Positions 9,763-20,096 of a stretch of DNA of 64,000 nt are shown here, piece by piece. A program made the translations under genes and the position numbers. The notes under the pieces are model-generated. The model did no database searches. It saw only the letters and a program-made list of their open reading frames with translations, and was not told where the DNA came from. How positions within the stretch are numbered: the first letter of the stretch is position 1; the number at the start of each line of letters is the position of its first letter. The stretch is from Bacteroidota bacterium (GTDB lineage: Bacteria; Bacteroidota; Bacteroidia; Flavobacteriales; Weeksellaceae): NCBI GenBank assembly GCA_023393915.1, contig JAEXBS010000096.1, forward strand, positions 126,443-190,442, read 5' to 3'.

Positions 9763-10188
9763 TTAACAACTGATTTTATCTACCCGTCGACTGTGTCTGC
9801 CCGCTTCGAAATCAGTGGTTAAAAATTTTTCAATAATTTCCAATGCCAATTCTTTAGAAATAAATCGGGCTGGAATAGCAATCATATTGCAATTGTTGTG
9901 CCCCCGGGCTAACTCTGCTAATTCTGGCATCCAACATAAAGCACAACGAATCTTTTCATGTTTATTGGCAGTTAATTGTACACCCTGACCACTACCACAA
10001 ATCAAGATTCCGAATGAATTTTCTTCGTTTTCAACCGAAGCGGCAGCGGGATGTACAAAATCCGGATAGTCTACACTATCAGATGAATGGGTTCCATAAT
10101 CTGTTAATTCGTATTTTCCATCTAATTGTGCCTTAATGTATTCTTTGTATTCATATCCGGCATGGTCTGCAGCTATCGCTATTTTCAT
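9763..10188 (-). CDS. rpiB: Ribose-5-phosphate isomerase B
   Basis: ADHAG, SVDYPD, CGSGQG, ARGHNN, GRHSRRV. Confidence 0.96.
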   Translation of the reverse strand: MKIAIAADHAGYEYKEYIKAQLDGKYELTDYGTHSSDSVDYPDFVHPAAASVENEENSFGILICGSGQGVQLTANKHEKIRCALCWMPELAELARGHNNCNMIAIPARFISKELALEIIEKFLTTDFEAGRHSRRVDKISC

Positions 10189-10229
10189 AATTTTAAGAAG
10201 TTTATTGGGATCAAAGTTAAGTATTAATA

Positions 10230-10800
10230 TTAACTGATATAATTCTCCACAAATGCAAATATTGAATTTGTATTTATACTGATTATAATCAACTGAATTT
10301 AAAACTAATACATGTTATGACCAAATAGTAATTCACTGATCGTGTAATAGTTAACTTATTGTTAATAGTTTTGTTAATGAATCTTAATTTTACTGTGGAT
10401 AAGTTAAAAAAAATAGTTGTTGCGTAAATCAATAATATTGCCTATCAGATTTACAGAAAAAATTTATCTAGCTATAGTTACTAAAATTATTTACTGACTT
10501 ACGCAAAGGTTATCCATAAATAAACTATCTTCAAAAATATAACAATCAACTTATAAACACCTGTGGATAAATAGCATTAATTGTTTAAAATCAATAAGAT
10601 GTAATGTGAATTATATATGAACAAATGCGATAGTAACTTATGGTAAATACAAAAATCTATTTTATCCCCAAAACTCACAATATATAACAACATACAACAA
10701 TTAATCTTTTTATTAAAAATAGAAATACTGTGAATATTGTATAATGTTGAGGACATCAAGTTTGTGAGGAAAAACATTTCTTTTGTTTTTTTTAAGCGAT
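10230..10800. other. oriC: Probable chromosomal replication origin (oriC)
   Basis: Very AT-rich non-coding gap with perfect DnaA boxes TGTGGATAA at 10394-10402 and 10562-10570, plus one-mismatch boxes at 10243-10251, 10510-10518 and 10662-10670; parS sites and mnmG within 2.5-4.5 kb. Confidence 0.78.
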
Positions 10801-10847
10801 TGAATTCAGTATTTTTGTTAACATCATTCTAATCTAAAAAGCCAATA

Positions 10848-12044
10848 ATGAAAACCATCAATGATTTTAATTTTCAAGGTAAGAAAGTCCTAGTCCGTGT
10901 GGATTTTAATGTACCTCAAGATAATGAATTAAAAGTGACAGATAGTACTAGAATACATGCTGCAAAACCAACGATCGATAAGATTTTGAACGATGGTGGA
11001 TCTGTTATTTTAATGACTCATTTAGGAAGACCTAAAGGAAAGCCTTCTGATGAATTCTCGCTAAAACATATCAAGTCCGAGATAGAGAGTGTATTGGGAA
11101 AAGAGGTTATTTTTTCGGAGCAAAGTATCGGAGAGAGTGCTCAGGAGTTTAGTAGAAATTTGAAGGCAGGAGAGATTTTACTTCTGGAGAATTTGCGTTT
11201 TAACGAAGGAGAAGAAAAAGGCGATGAAGCTTTTGCTAAGGAATTGGCCATGTTAGGAGATGCATATGTAAATGATGCTTTTGGAACTGCTCATAGAGCA
11301 CATGCTTCAACAGCAGTTATTTCTAAGTTCTTTCCTAAAACTAAGTTTTTCGGTTTACTATTAAATAAGGAGTTAGAAGCTATTGATAAAGTACTTGGAG
11401 ATGGAGATAGACCTGTTACTGCAATTATCGGAGGATCCAAAGTATCTTCTAAAATAACCATTATAGAAAATATGCTTCCGGCGATTGATAATTTAATAAT
11501 TGGCGGAGGAATGGCTTTTACTTTTGTAAAGGCCTTAGGAGGAAGTATAGGAACTTCAATTGTTGAAGAAGATAAAATGAACCTTGCACTTGAGATTATT
11601 TCTAAGGCGAAAGCTAATAACGTTGATATTTTACTGCCTGTTGATGTGGTTATAGCCGAAGAATTTAAGAATGAAGCAACTACACAGATTGTAGATATAT
11701 ATGAAATTCCTGAAGGATGGATGGGATTGGATGCCGGACCAAGGACTAGAGATATTTTTCATGATGCTATTATGGATTCAAGAACCATTTTATGGAACGG
11801 CCCAATAGGTGTTTTTGAAATGTCGAACTTTGCAGCAGGTACGATAGCATTAGGTGAAAGTATAGCGCAAGCAACCGCACATGGTGCTTTTTCTTTAGTG
11901 GGTGGGGGAGATAGTGTTGCTTTTGTAAAGCAGAATAATTATGAAGATAAAGTGTCATATGTTTCAACAGGTGGGGGAGCGATGCTTGAAAGTTTAGAAG
12001 GTATCGAATTGCCTGGAGTGGCAGCGATAAGGAATGAAAATTAA
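10848..12044 (+). CDS. pgk: Phosphoglycerate kinase
   Basis: RVDFNVP, HLGRPKG, LLENLRF, DAFGTAHRAH, STGGGAMLE. Confidence 0.97.
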   Translation: MKTINDFNFQGKKVLVRVDFNVPQDNELKVTDSTRIHAAKPTIDKILNDGGSVILMTHLGRPKGKPSDEFSLKHIKSEIESVLGKEVIFSEQSIGESAQEFSRNLKAGEILLLENLRFNEGEEKGDEAFAKELAMLGDAYVNDAFGTAHRAHASTAVISKFFPKTKFFGLLLNKELEAIDKVLGDGDRPVTAIIGGSKVSSKITIIENMLPAIDNLIIGGGMAFTFVKALGGSIGTSIVEEDKMNLALEIISKAKANNVDILLPVDVVIAEEFKNEATTQIVDIYEIPEGWMGLDAGPRTRDIFHDAIMDSRTILWNGPIGVFEMSNFAAGTIALGESIAQATAHGAFSLVGGGDSVAFVKQNNYEDKVSYVSTGGGAMLESLEGIELPGVAAIRNEN

Positions 12045-12111
12045 ATCTATAACATTATTAAATTACCTTCTTCTTAAATAGATTTAGTAATATAACACTT
12101 GAAGGTAAATT

Positions 12112-12143
12112 AAGCTACATCGTGCAAATGATGTAGCTTTTTT
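12112..12143 (+). terminator. Intrinsic terminator after pgk
   Basis: AAGCTACATC-gtgcaaat-GATGTAGCTT followed by a T-run. Confidence 0.8.
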
Positions 12144-12193
12144 AATTTTTATATAAAAATTTGGATCTCTGAAATAGGTCTAAAATCGCTTAA

Positions 12194-13012
12194 CTATTTT
12201 TTTTCAAGTATATATACCAAAGATGAAAAATCTCCTGATTTTAATGCTTTAAAATTCGAAATCGTTCCAATTATAGGTGCAAAGAAGAAACCAAAAGGAT
12301 TTTTTCTGTATTTTTCACTTAACAGAGAAATATAGATGGAGTCGAGTAGGAGAGGTTTGATTTTTAATAGATGCCATTTAGTGGAATTAAATTTCGTGAT
12401 TGCTCCTTGTCTTGAATAATGGTAGAGATGTCTAGGTACGTCATAAGCTGCCCAATCTGATTTGTAATATTGAGCATCATAGGACTCGTGATTGGGGAGA
12501 GCTAAAATTAGTAAACCGTTGGTTTTTAACTTATTATAAAATTCATTTAATATATCATCTTGATTTTCAATGTGTTCTAGCACATGCCATAAGGTTATGG
12601 CATCCAATGAATGATTTGGAATTTCATTAAGTTCTGCTAAAATTCTTGTTTTCTGTAATTTTGTACTTGCAATGCTTTGTGCTTCGAGAGAAGGTTCAAA
12701 TCCGTAGGTGATATAATCGTTCTCAATGAAACCCAAGAAATCACCTACACCACATCCGTAGTCAAGTACGTTTGCATTTTTTGGTAAATATTGAGCAAGT
12801 ATATTTCTTTTAAAATTGAGGTTAAAGGATTGAGCCCATTTATATATTCTTTGTTTTATACTTTTTCCATCTTGGTGATGGGATATGTATTCTTTACTTT
12901 GATAATATCTGTTAAGTTGAGAGGGGACTGGCTCTGTTTTTAATACTCCTTTTATTTCGGTAGATACTAATTCGAAATGTTCGCCTGTTAGAAAATGATC
13001 TTTAATTTTCAT
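12194..13012 (-). CDS. Class I SAM-dependent methyltransferase
   Basis: VLDYGCGVG, ITLWHVLEH, YDVPRHLYHY. Confidence 0.9.
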   Translation of the reverse strand: MKIKDHFLTGEHFELVSTEIKGVLKTEPVPSQLNRYYQSKEYISHHQDGKSIKQRIYKWAQSFNLNFKRNILAQYLPKNANVLDYGCGVGDFLGFIENDYITYGFEPSLEAQSIASTKLQKTRILAELNEIPNHSLDAITLWHVLEHIENQDDILNEFYNKLKTNGLLILALPNHESYDAQYYKSDWAAYDVPRHLYHYSRQGAITKFNSTKWHLLKIKPLLLDSIYISLLSEKYRKNPFGFFFAPIIGTISNFKALKSGDFSSLVYILEKK

Positions 13013-13027
13013 AGTAACTTCTTGAAA

Positions 13028-13043
13028 TGTTTCACGTGAAACA
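13028..13043. other. parS: parS centromere-like site
   Basis: Perfect palindrome TGTTTCACGTGAAACA, the widespread parS consensus. Confidence 0.9.
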
Positions 13044-13046
13044 ATA

Positions 13047-14909
13047 TTATCTACCCAAGTAGATTAATAGAACGTTTATATCCGCCGGGGATACACCACT
13101 TATTCTAGACGCTTGTGCGATGGTTCGTGGTTTTATTGTACTTAATTTATTTTTGGCCTCAGCGGAAATAGATACTATTTTTGAATAATCAAAATCCTCT
13201 GCAATTTTGATGTTCTCCATTCTTTGAAGTTTGGCTACATTTTCTCTCTCTTTGTCTATGTATCCTTTGTATTTTATATTAATTTGAGCTTGTTCTCTTT
13301 GCTCATCAGAATACTGTGAGCTTGTTTCCTTTATTGTATCGATACTTTCTAGAAGTTCAAGGCTAACGTTAGGTCTAGTTAGTATTTGTGCAGCACGGTA
13401 AGCCTGATCGACTGGTGAAGAATCAATAGTTGCTAGGACCGGATTGATGATACCTGGCTTAAGCGATGTAGACCGTAAAAACTCCTCTAATTCTTGAGAT
13501 CTCTCTATTTTCTGTTGAACTTTCATCAGTCTTTCTTCAGTAGCTAGACCTATATTAAAGGATTTTTCAGTTAATCTAATGTCCGCATTGTCTTGTCTTA
13601 AAAGTAGACGGTATTCGGCTCTGGAAGTAAACATTCGGTAGGGTTCTTCTGTACCTTTGGTTATAAGATCATCAATTAGTACTCCGATGTATGCTTCGTC
13701 TCTGCTCAGTATAAATGCGTCCTTTTCGTGTACCTTATTGTGTGCATTGATACCGGCAATTAAGCCTTGACCTGCTGCTTCTTCATAACCAGTAGTTCCA
13801 TTTATCTGTCCTGCGAAATACAGGTTTTCAACTAGCTTTGTTTCTAAGGTGTGATTTAATTGAGTAGGAGGGAAGTAGTCGTATTCGATCGCGTATCCAG
13901 GTCTGAAGACTTTTGCACTTTCGAATCCTGGAATATGCTTCATTGCCTTTAATTGTATTTCCTCAGGAAGGGATGAGCTAAAGCCGTTCACGTATATTTC
14001 GATGGTTTGCCAACCCTCAGGTTCTACAAATAACTGATGTCTTGTTCTTTCGGCAAATCTATTGATTTTATCCTCTATACTAGGGCAGTAACGGGGTCCA
14101 ATACTCTGGATAGTCCCATTAAACATAGGACTTCTATCAAATCCTTCTCTTAGAATTTCATGTACTGTTTCGTTTGTATAGGTAATATGACAACTTTTTT
14201 GATTCGTTAGTTGAGGACTATCCAAATAAGAAAATTTACCGGGGTTTTCATCACCTTTTTGCTCTTCCATTTTTGAGTAATCAAGGCTTCTTCCATCAAC
14301 CCTTGGTGGTGTACCGGTCTTCATTCGGCCAGCATCAAATCCAATCGATGATAGTTGTTCTGTAATGCCGAATGCACGAGGTTCTCCCATTCTTCCGCCT
14401 CCAAGTTGCTTGTCGCCTACGTGGATAAGTCCATTTAAAAATGTACCGTTGGTCAATACAACAGATTTAGCTTTGATTTCGATACCAAGTGAAGTTATTA
14501 CACCGCAAACTTTATGGTCTTTAATAATAAGTTGCTTCACCATATCTTGAAAGAAATCAAGATTTTTGGTGTTTTCTAGCGCCATTCGCCATTCGTGTGC
14601 AAATAACATTCTATCGTTTTGGGTTCGTGGAGACCACATAGCTGGACCTTTTGATAGATTGAGCATTTTGAACTGTATCGCTGATTTATCTGCGATAATT
14701 CCGCTATATCCGCCTATAGCATCAATTTCTCGGACTATTTGACCTTTTGCTATTCCTCCCATTGCTGGGTTGCAACTCATTTGTCCGATGGTTTGCATAT
14801 TCATTGTAATTAGCAGGGTTTTCGAGCCTAGATTTGCTGCCGCCGCTGCGGCCTCACAACCAGCGTGACCACCGCCGACAACTATTACATCGTATATTTC
14901 AGTAAACAT
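13047..14909 (-). CDS. mnmG: tRNA uridine 5-carboxymethylaminomethyl modification enzyme MnmG (GidA)
   Basis: [56 protein letters not shown]. Confidence 0.97.
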   Translation of the reverse strand: MFTEIYDVIVVGGGHAGCEAAAAAANLGSKTLLITMNMQTIGQMSCNPAMGGIAKGQIVREIDAIGGYSGIIADKSAIQFKMLNLSKGPAMWSPRTQNDRMLFAHEWRMALENTKNLDFFQDMVKQLIIKDHKVCGVITSLGIEIKAKSVVLTNGTFLNGLIHVGDKQLGGGRMGEPRAFGITEQLSSIGFDAGRMKTGTPPRVDGRSLDYSKMEEQKGDENPGKFSYLDSPQLTNQKSCHITYTNETVHEILREGFDRSPMFNGTIQSIGPRYCPSIEDKINRFAERTRHQLFVEPEGWQTIEIYVNGFSSSLPEEIQLKAMKHIPGFESAKVFRPGYAIEYDYFPPTQLNHTLETKLVENLYFAGQINGTTGYEEAAGQGLIAGINAHNKVHEKDAFILSRDEAYIGVLIDDLITKGTEEPYRMFTSRAEYRLLLRQDNADIRLTEKSFNIGLATEERLMKVQQKIERSQELEEFLRSTSLKPGIINPVLATIDSSPVDQAYRAAQILTRPNVSLELLESIDTIKETSSQYSDEQREQAQINIKYKGYIDKERENVAKLQRMENIKIAEDFDYSKIVSISAEAKNKLSTIKPRTIAQASRISGVSPADINVLLIYLGR

Positions 14910-14939
14910 AACTGTCTTTGTATTAATTTTTCATGGTAA

Positions 14940-14955
14940 TGTTTCACGTGAAACA
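14940..14955. other. parS: parS centromere-like site
   Basis: Perfect TGTTTCACGTGAAACA, extending to a 20-bp palindrome at 14938-14957. Confidence 0.9.
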
Positions 14956-15044
14956 TTGGTCCATTTTCGCTTGTTGAGCGCGATATCTGCTTTTTTATTT
15001 GTTTACTACTCGCATAGACTCTGAAGTAAACCTAGATTTATTAA

Positions 15045-15452
15045 TCATCTTTTAGCGAGATACCAATTCTCTTTTTCTCGCATTAAGGATTTTTCCTCCT
15101 CTGTTTTGTCTTTGTAGCCACATAAATGTAGTAGTCCATGGGCAAGTACTCGATGTAATTCTTCTTCGTAAGAGGTTGATAATGAATCAGAATTATCCAA
15201 AATGCGGTGCAAAGATACAAAAATATCACCGCTGATGGTTTTACCCTTTACGTAATCAAATGTAATTATGTCCGTATAGTAATTGTGATTTAAATAGGTT
15301 TTATTAATATCAAGCAAGTACGAATCGCTACAAAGAATATATGTTATTGGTCCCAGATGATATCCTTCTGAGGTAATAAGATTTTCTAACCATTTAATAA
15401 GTGGAGCCTGAATGTCAAAACCTTCCACATCTTCAAAGAAAAATTCGATCAT
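15045..15452 (-). CDS. ybeY: rRNA maturation endoribonuclease YbeY
   Basis: TDIITF, GDIFVS, HGLLHLCGY. Confidence 0.95.
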   Translation of the reverse strand: MIEFFFEDVEGFDIQAPLIKWLENLITSEGYHLGPITYILCSDSYLLDINKTYLNHNYYTDIITFDYVKGKTISGDIFVSLHRILDNSDSLSTSYEEELHRVLAHGLLHLCGYKDKTEEEKSLMREKENWYLAKR

Positions 15453-15455
15453 AAT

Positions 15456-17624
15456 TTAAAACCAATGGCCTAAAGCCACATTAAAAATTCCATTTTGTTC
15501 TTTATTAAAAGACTTACTATAGTTCATACTTATTTGCCCAAAAGGAGAGCGGTAACCTGCGCCAATGCCTAAGGAACTATGTTCAAAATGAAATATATCT
15601 TCCATGGAATGGTTTTCTTCCAAAGTTGATGCAAAAGACAAATTAGGTATTAAGAACAAGTTTTTGAGAAGTTTGAACTGTACCTCGTTAGTTATTGATA
15701 ATATGTGTTGACCGGAATGTTGACCTAGTTGGTAACCATAAAATGAAACATGATTTCCCAGATTTTGTTCAAATTCGCCACCTAGTTTAAATCGATAAAA
15801 ATCGGGTAGGTTGGTTCCTATCGTTGTTCCACCGAAAATTTTAACTCTATGTGTATAGAATGATGTAATAGGTATATTAATTCTAAAATCACCTTTTAAT
15901 TGAAAAGTGGAGTTGTTAGTGGTGTCATCAAATAAATCTATTATCTTACCTTCTAGTGATAATTGTACTCCTTTTGTAGGAAAACTACGATCATTTTGTG
16001 TGTCGCTCTTTATGAAGGCATAAGGATTAAAAAATCGATCAGTAAGTGTAGCTTGAGTAAGTGCATATTCCGTCTCAACATAATCAGAACTTACGCCAGC
16101 CCCTAGCGCATAGCGGTCTCGCCAGATTGATTGAATGAATAATTCATTCCTAAACCAAAGTTCGTCTGCTGTAATTGTTCCTTTTAAATCTTTTTGATCA
16201 TAAGACATTCCAGAGGAGTAAAATCCAAAGCCAGGAATGTATCCGTTATCCATTGAATAATTAAGATAGTATCTTGGGGAGTCGCCAATGATCATATCCA
16301 AGGAAATAGTAGAATTCTTTAGTAACAATCGCTTTGCAGTTAGATTAACCAAAAGTCCTGTCTTAAATATTTCATCGTAATGCAGTCCAAATTTCAAAAA
16401 GAATCTCGTATCATCCTCATTAACAAATAGTTTTAATGTATTTTGATCGTTTTCTTTAATGATATCGTAGTTAATCAGTCGGTAGTTGTTGGTAGCATAA
16501 AGTTTATCAATCATTTTATTAATTGATCGGTAACTTTGTAAGGAAGGAAGGGTGAGATTCATTTTACCTAGAACATAATTCTCACTAAATAAATTGTTAT
16601 TCTCTAATGCGATTCTGTCGATTTTATATAAATCACTAAAGATAGTACTACTTGGTGCTCTAAGTAGACGATCTTCCGCTTTAGGAAGCTGATCCAAAGT
16701 GGAAGTGTATTTTAAAGCTTCTCGGTAGCCTGAATCTAAGATTTGCTGTTTATCTCCATAACTCGTCGCACTCATTCCTTTTAAGTTGGGATGAATATTG
16801 ATATCCGTGTATTGATATTGATTTTTTGTCTCTTTCTGAATAGAATAGTCCGTTACTTGATTTAATATATCAATAAGTGAATTAAGTTGGTCGCGAGTGG
16901 CCAATCCCTGACTTAGATCAACTCCAATAACCACATCCATTCCTTTGTCTTTCAGTGGTTTCGATGGATAATTCACTGTCATGGCTCCATCAATATATAG
17001 AGAATCGCCGATTTTTACAGGATCCATTAAAGAAGGGAAAGCAGAACTAGCCATTATGGCACTTACAAGGTCTCCTTTTTCAAAGAGCTCCATCTTTCCA
17101 GATTCGAGATTGGTAGCCACACACATGAAGGGAATAGGCAATTTCGAAAAATCATCGACATTAGAGACATTTTTGAAAAGTTCCCGAAGAATATAGATGT
17201 TCTTCTGGCCAGTGGAAATAGCTGTAGGCAACACATTTATCTTCCCATCTTTAATAGGAATACTTAATAGGTATTTATCGACAGATTTATTAAAAAATGA
17301 AGATTCCTGACGTGATTTTTCATTAGCAATAAGGGTGTAAAAATCGGTTTCCATTACGATTTGTTCTATATCTTTTGCTCTGTATCCAGCAGCATAGAGT
17401 CCACCTACAATAGCGCCCATACTGGTTCCCGAGATATAATCAATTTTAACACCTAAAGAATCAATCACTTTAAGTACCCCTATATGGGCAAATCCCTTTG
17501 CACCACCCCCAGAAAGGGATAGACCTATTCGGACATCATCCCCCTTGGGAATAGGATGTTTTACCTGAGAATTCAATACAATCCAAGGTATAAGGAAAAA
17601 GAAAGATAGTAGGATTCGTTTCAT
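15456..17624 (-). CDS. Patatin-like phospholipase with POTRA-like and C-terminal barrel region (PlpD-like)
   Basis: Signal peptide; SGGGAKG, GTSMG, DGA patatin motifs; C-terminal YRSPFGQISMNYS...FNVALGHWF barrel signature. Confidence 0.88.
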   Translation of the reverse strand: MKRILLSFFFLIPWIVLNSQVKHPIPKGDDVRIGLSLSGGGAKGFAHIGVLKVIDSLGVKIDYISGTSMGAIVGGLYAAGYRAKDIEQIVMETDFYTLIANEKSRQESSFFNKSVDKYLLSIPIKDGKINVLPTAISTGQKNIYILRELFKNVSNVDDFSKLPIPFMCVATNLESGKMELFEKGDLVSAIMASSAFPSLMDPVKIGDSLYIDGAMTVNYPSKPLKDKGMDVVIGVDLSQGLATRDQLNSLIDILNQVTDYSIQKETKNQYQYTDINIHPNLKGMSATSYGDKQQILDSGYREALKYTSTLDQLPKAEDRLLRAPSSTIFSDLYKIDRIALENNNLFSENYVLGKMNLTLPSLQSYRSINKMIDKLYATNNYRLINYDIIKENDQNTLKLFVNEDDTRFFLKFGLHYDEIFKTGLLVNLTAKRLLLKNSTISLDMIIGDSPRYYLNYSMDNGYIPGFGFYSSGMSYDQKDLKGTITADELWFRNELFIQSIWRDRYALGAGVSSDYVETEYALTQATLTDRFFNPYAFIKSDTQNDRSFPTKGVQLSLEGKIIDLFDDTTNNSTFQLKGDFRINIPITSFYTHRVKIFGGTTIGTNLPDFYRFKLGGEFEQNLGNHVSFYGYQLGQHSGQHILSITNEVQFKLLKNLFLIPNLSFASTLEENHSMEDIFHFEHSSLGIGAGYRSPFGQISMNYSKSFNKEQNGIFNVALGHWF

Positions 17625-20072
17625 TTAGTTCTTAATATAGATTCTCTTAACTCTCCTTGAAATTGAAGTTAATACTTCATAGGGAATTGTTTGACAATAA
17701 TTTGAAAATTCTTCTAATGATGGACTGGAATTAAATAAGACTACTGGATCACCTTCATTGCAACGAAGATCCCCTAAATCCACCATAAGCATGTCCATAC
17801 ATATATTTCCTATGATGGGACGTTTTTCTCCTGCAATTCCAACGCAAGCTTTAGTATTTGTGATTCGTCGAGGTATTCCATCTGCATATCCCACGGGGAT
17901 AGTTGCGACTCTTGTAGGCTTATCAGCAATATAGGTTCTACCGTAACCTACCGATTCACCTGATTGAATTTCTGAAATTTGAGAGATGACAGTTATAAAG
18001 CGAACCGCACTTTGCAAGCTTTCTTTAATTTTCCTATCAGGCGTTATACCTACCATACCGATGCCAATTCTTACCATATCGTATTGATATTCTGGAAAAT
18101 GAGTAATTCCTGAGGAGTTTAAGATATGAAGTATCGGTCGGTAATTAAGTTTCTGAACTAGTAAGGATGAATTAGTATGGAACCGCTCGGCTTGCTCATG
18201 AACATAGTTGGACTGACTCGGATCATCTGAAGTAGAAAGGTGACTAAAGATGGATTCAACTTTTACGGGTAAACGAACCAATCGCTTAGCCAGCTCTTCC
18301 ATCTCATGATCTTTAAACCCTAAGCGATGCATGCCTGTTTCTAGTTTAATATGGATAGAATAATTTTCAGAATAGCCTTTGAGCTCCAATTCTTCTATAA
18401 AGCGTTCTAGTACACGAAAACTATAAATTTCTGGTTCAAGGTTGTAATCAATAATCGTTGAAAAGCTATGCTGCTCTGGATTCATCACCATAATGGGTGT
18501 GGTAATTCCCTTTTTTCTAAGTTCCATTCCTTCATCAGCATAAGCAACACCAAGGTAATCGATGTGATGATGTTGAAGGAACTCAGCAACTTCATATCCG
18601 CCGAGTCCATAGGCGTGCGCCTTCACCATTGCCATCATTTTGGTCGAAGGCTTAACTAGAGACTTATGAACATTGATGTTAGTCAATATCGCATTTAAGT
18701 TGACTTCAAGAACGGTATCATGTTTTTGAAGTTCCAGCACGTTTTTTATTCTTTCAATTTCGAATTTTCGAGCTCCTTTCAATAGAATTAGCTCATTTTC
18801 GATCTTTTGAAGCACAGAATCTTGCAATAATTGTTCGGTAGTCTCAAACGTATAAACTTGATTCTTAAAAAGGGATGCGAAACGACTGATCTCTGAACCC
18901 ACAAGAAAAACGGAACCAAAATTTTGTTCGTTGGTAAGTTTAGCAATCTGAGGATAAAATTCAGGTGAATCGGTTCCCTCAGCAAAATCGGTAAGAACTA
19001 ACGAGCGATTTGATTTTTGATATTCATTGATAAACTGAAAAGCGGAAGTAAGAGAATCAAGATCCAAATTAAAAGAATCATTAATAATAAGGTTATCGCG
19101 TTGACCATGAATACTTTCTAATCGCATTTCGACAGCTCGCAGTGAATTTATTTTATTAACGATTTCCTCATCAGAAAGACCTAGATGCTTCATTACAGCA
19201 AAGAGACATAGTACGTTGCTTAAGGTTGAAGTGTCCCTGTTTTTTGCAGGAAGAGAAACTAAATGATTATTATACTGAATTGTTATTTCCTTATTAGGAT
19301 CTTTCCAATCTCCCAAAAAGCTAATGTCATTACGCGTATCAAAACCGAAAGAAATTAGATTCCTATCATTAAACTTTCTTTCCATTATTTCACGAACCAA
19401 AGGATGATCTGCTGAATAAATGATTGTATTTGATCGAGCAAATAGAATTAATTTCTCCTCGATAAGTTGCTCAATGTTTTCAAAATGATTGAGGTGAGCT
19501 GAACCAATATGCGTTAGAACACCAATCTCTGGAGAGAAAATATGCTCTAGTTTTTGCATTTCACCAGGTTTTGAGATCCCAACCTCAAAAAGACCGAGCC
19601 GATCATCAGGACTAATTTCCAGTAGTGAAATGGGTAAGCCTAGTTGAGAATTATAACTTTTCGGGCTTTTGACTGTTTTTTGCCTATCCCATAAACATTG
19701 GTAAAGCCATTCCTTTACTACCGTTTTTCCATTACTTCCCGTTATACCAATCGTTCTTAATTCTCCGTTTGAATTTTTGTGGAATTGTGCTAGTTTTTGA
19801 ATAAATTCTATTGGGTCTTGTACGATGATCCACGCAATATCTGAATAATCATTCAAAGCTTTTTGGGTAATTATTACTTTAATTCCTTTTTCTATAGCAG
19901 AAACAATAAACTTCTCACCAGAGTTTTTGGAAGTATTGATTGCAAGAAATGCAGTTTCATTTGAAGAATAAATAATACGGCTGTCGAATGCAATTTTTTT
20001 TACGGTTAGTTCTCCATTTCCTTTTAAAGTGGAGTTTGTAATTTCAGCTAATTCTTTGGCCGTGTAATTCAT
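17625..20072 (-). CDS. alr: MurF-like ligase / alanine racemase fusion
   Basis: N-half FDSR, GSNGKT, KSYNSQLG, LLKGAR; C-half MVKAHAYG (PLP Lys), HIKLETGMHRLG, GYADG, ICMD, IPYE. Confidence 0.93.
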   Translation of the reverse strand: MNYTAKELAEITNSTLKGNGELTVKKIAFDSRIIYSSNETAFLAINTSKNSGEKFIVSAIEKGIKVIITQKALNDYSDIAWIIVQDPIEFIQKLAQFHKNSNGELRTIGITGSNGKTVVKEWLYQCLWDRQKTVKSPKSYNSQLGLPISLLEISPDDRLGLFEVGISKPGEMQKLEHIFSPEIGVLTHIGSAHLNHFENIEQLIEEKLILFARSNTIIYSADHPLVREIMERKFNDRNLISFGFDTRNDISFLGDWKDPNKEITIQYNNHLVSLPAKNRDTSTLSNVLCLFAVMKHLGLSDEEIVNKINSLRAVEMRLESIHGQRDNLIINDSFNLDLDSLTSAFQFINEYQKSNRSLVLTDFAEGTDSPEFYPQIAKLTNEQNFGSVFLVGSEISRFASLFKNQVYTFETTEQLLQDSVLQKIENELILLKGARKFEIERIKNVLELQKHDTVLEVNLNAILTNINVHKSLVKPSTKMMAMVKAHAYGLGGYEVAEFLQHHHIDYLGVAYADEGMELRKKGITTPIMVMNPEQHSFSTIIDYNLEPEIYSFRVLERFIEELELKGYSENYSIHIKLETGMHRLGFKDHEMEELAKRLVRLPVKVESIFSHLSTSDDPSQSNYVHEQAERFHTNSSLLVQKLNYRPILHILNSSGITHFPEYQYDMVRIGIGMVGITPDRKIKESLQSAVRFITVISQISEIQSGESVGYGRTYIADKPTRVATIPVGYADGIPRRITNTKACVGIAGEKRPIIGNICMDMLMVDLGDLRCNEGDPVVLFNSSPSLEEFSNYCQTIPYEVLTSISRRVKRIYIKN

Positions 20073-20096
20073 TGATTAGTAATTTATAAGATCTAT

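Noticed and set aside
10577..10777. 66-aa ORF inside the AT-rich gap
   Set aside because: TTG start, composition typical of random AT-rich sequence, overlaps DnaA boxes
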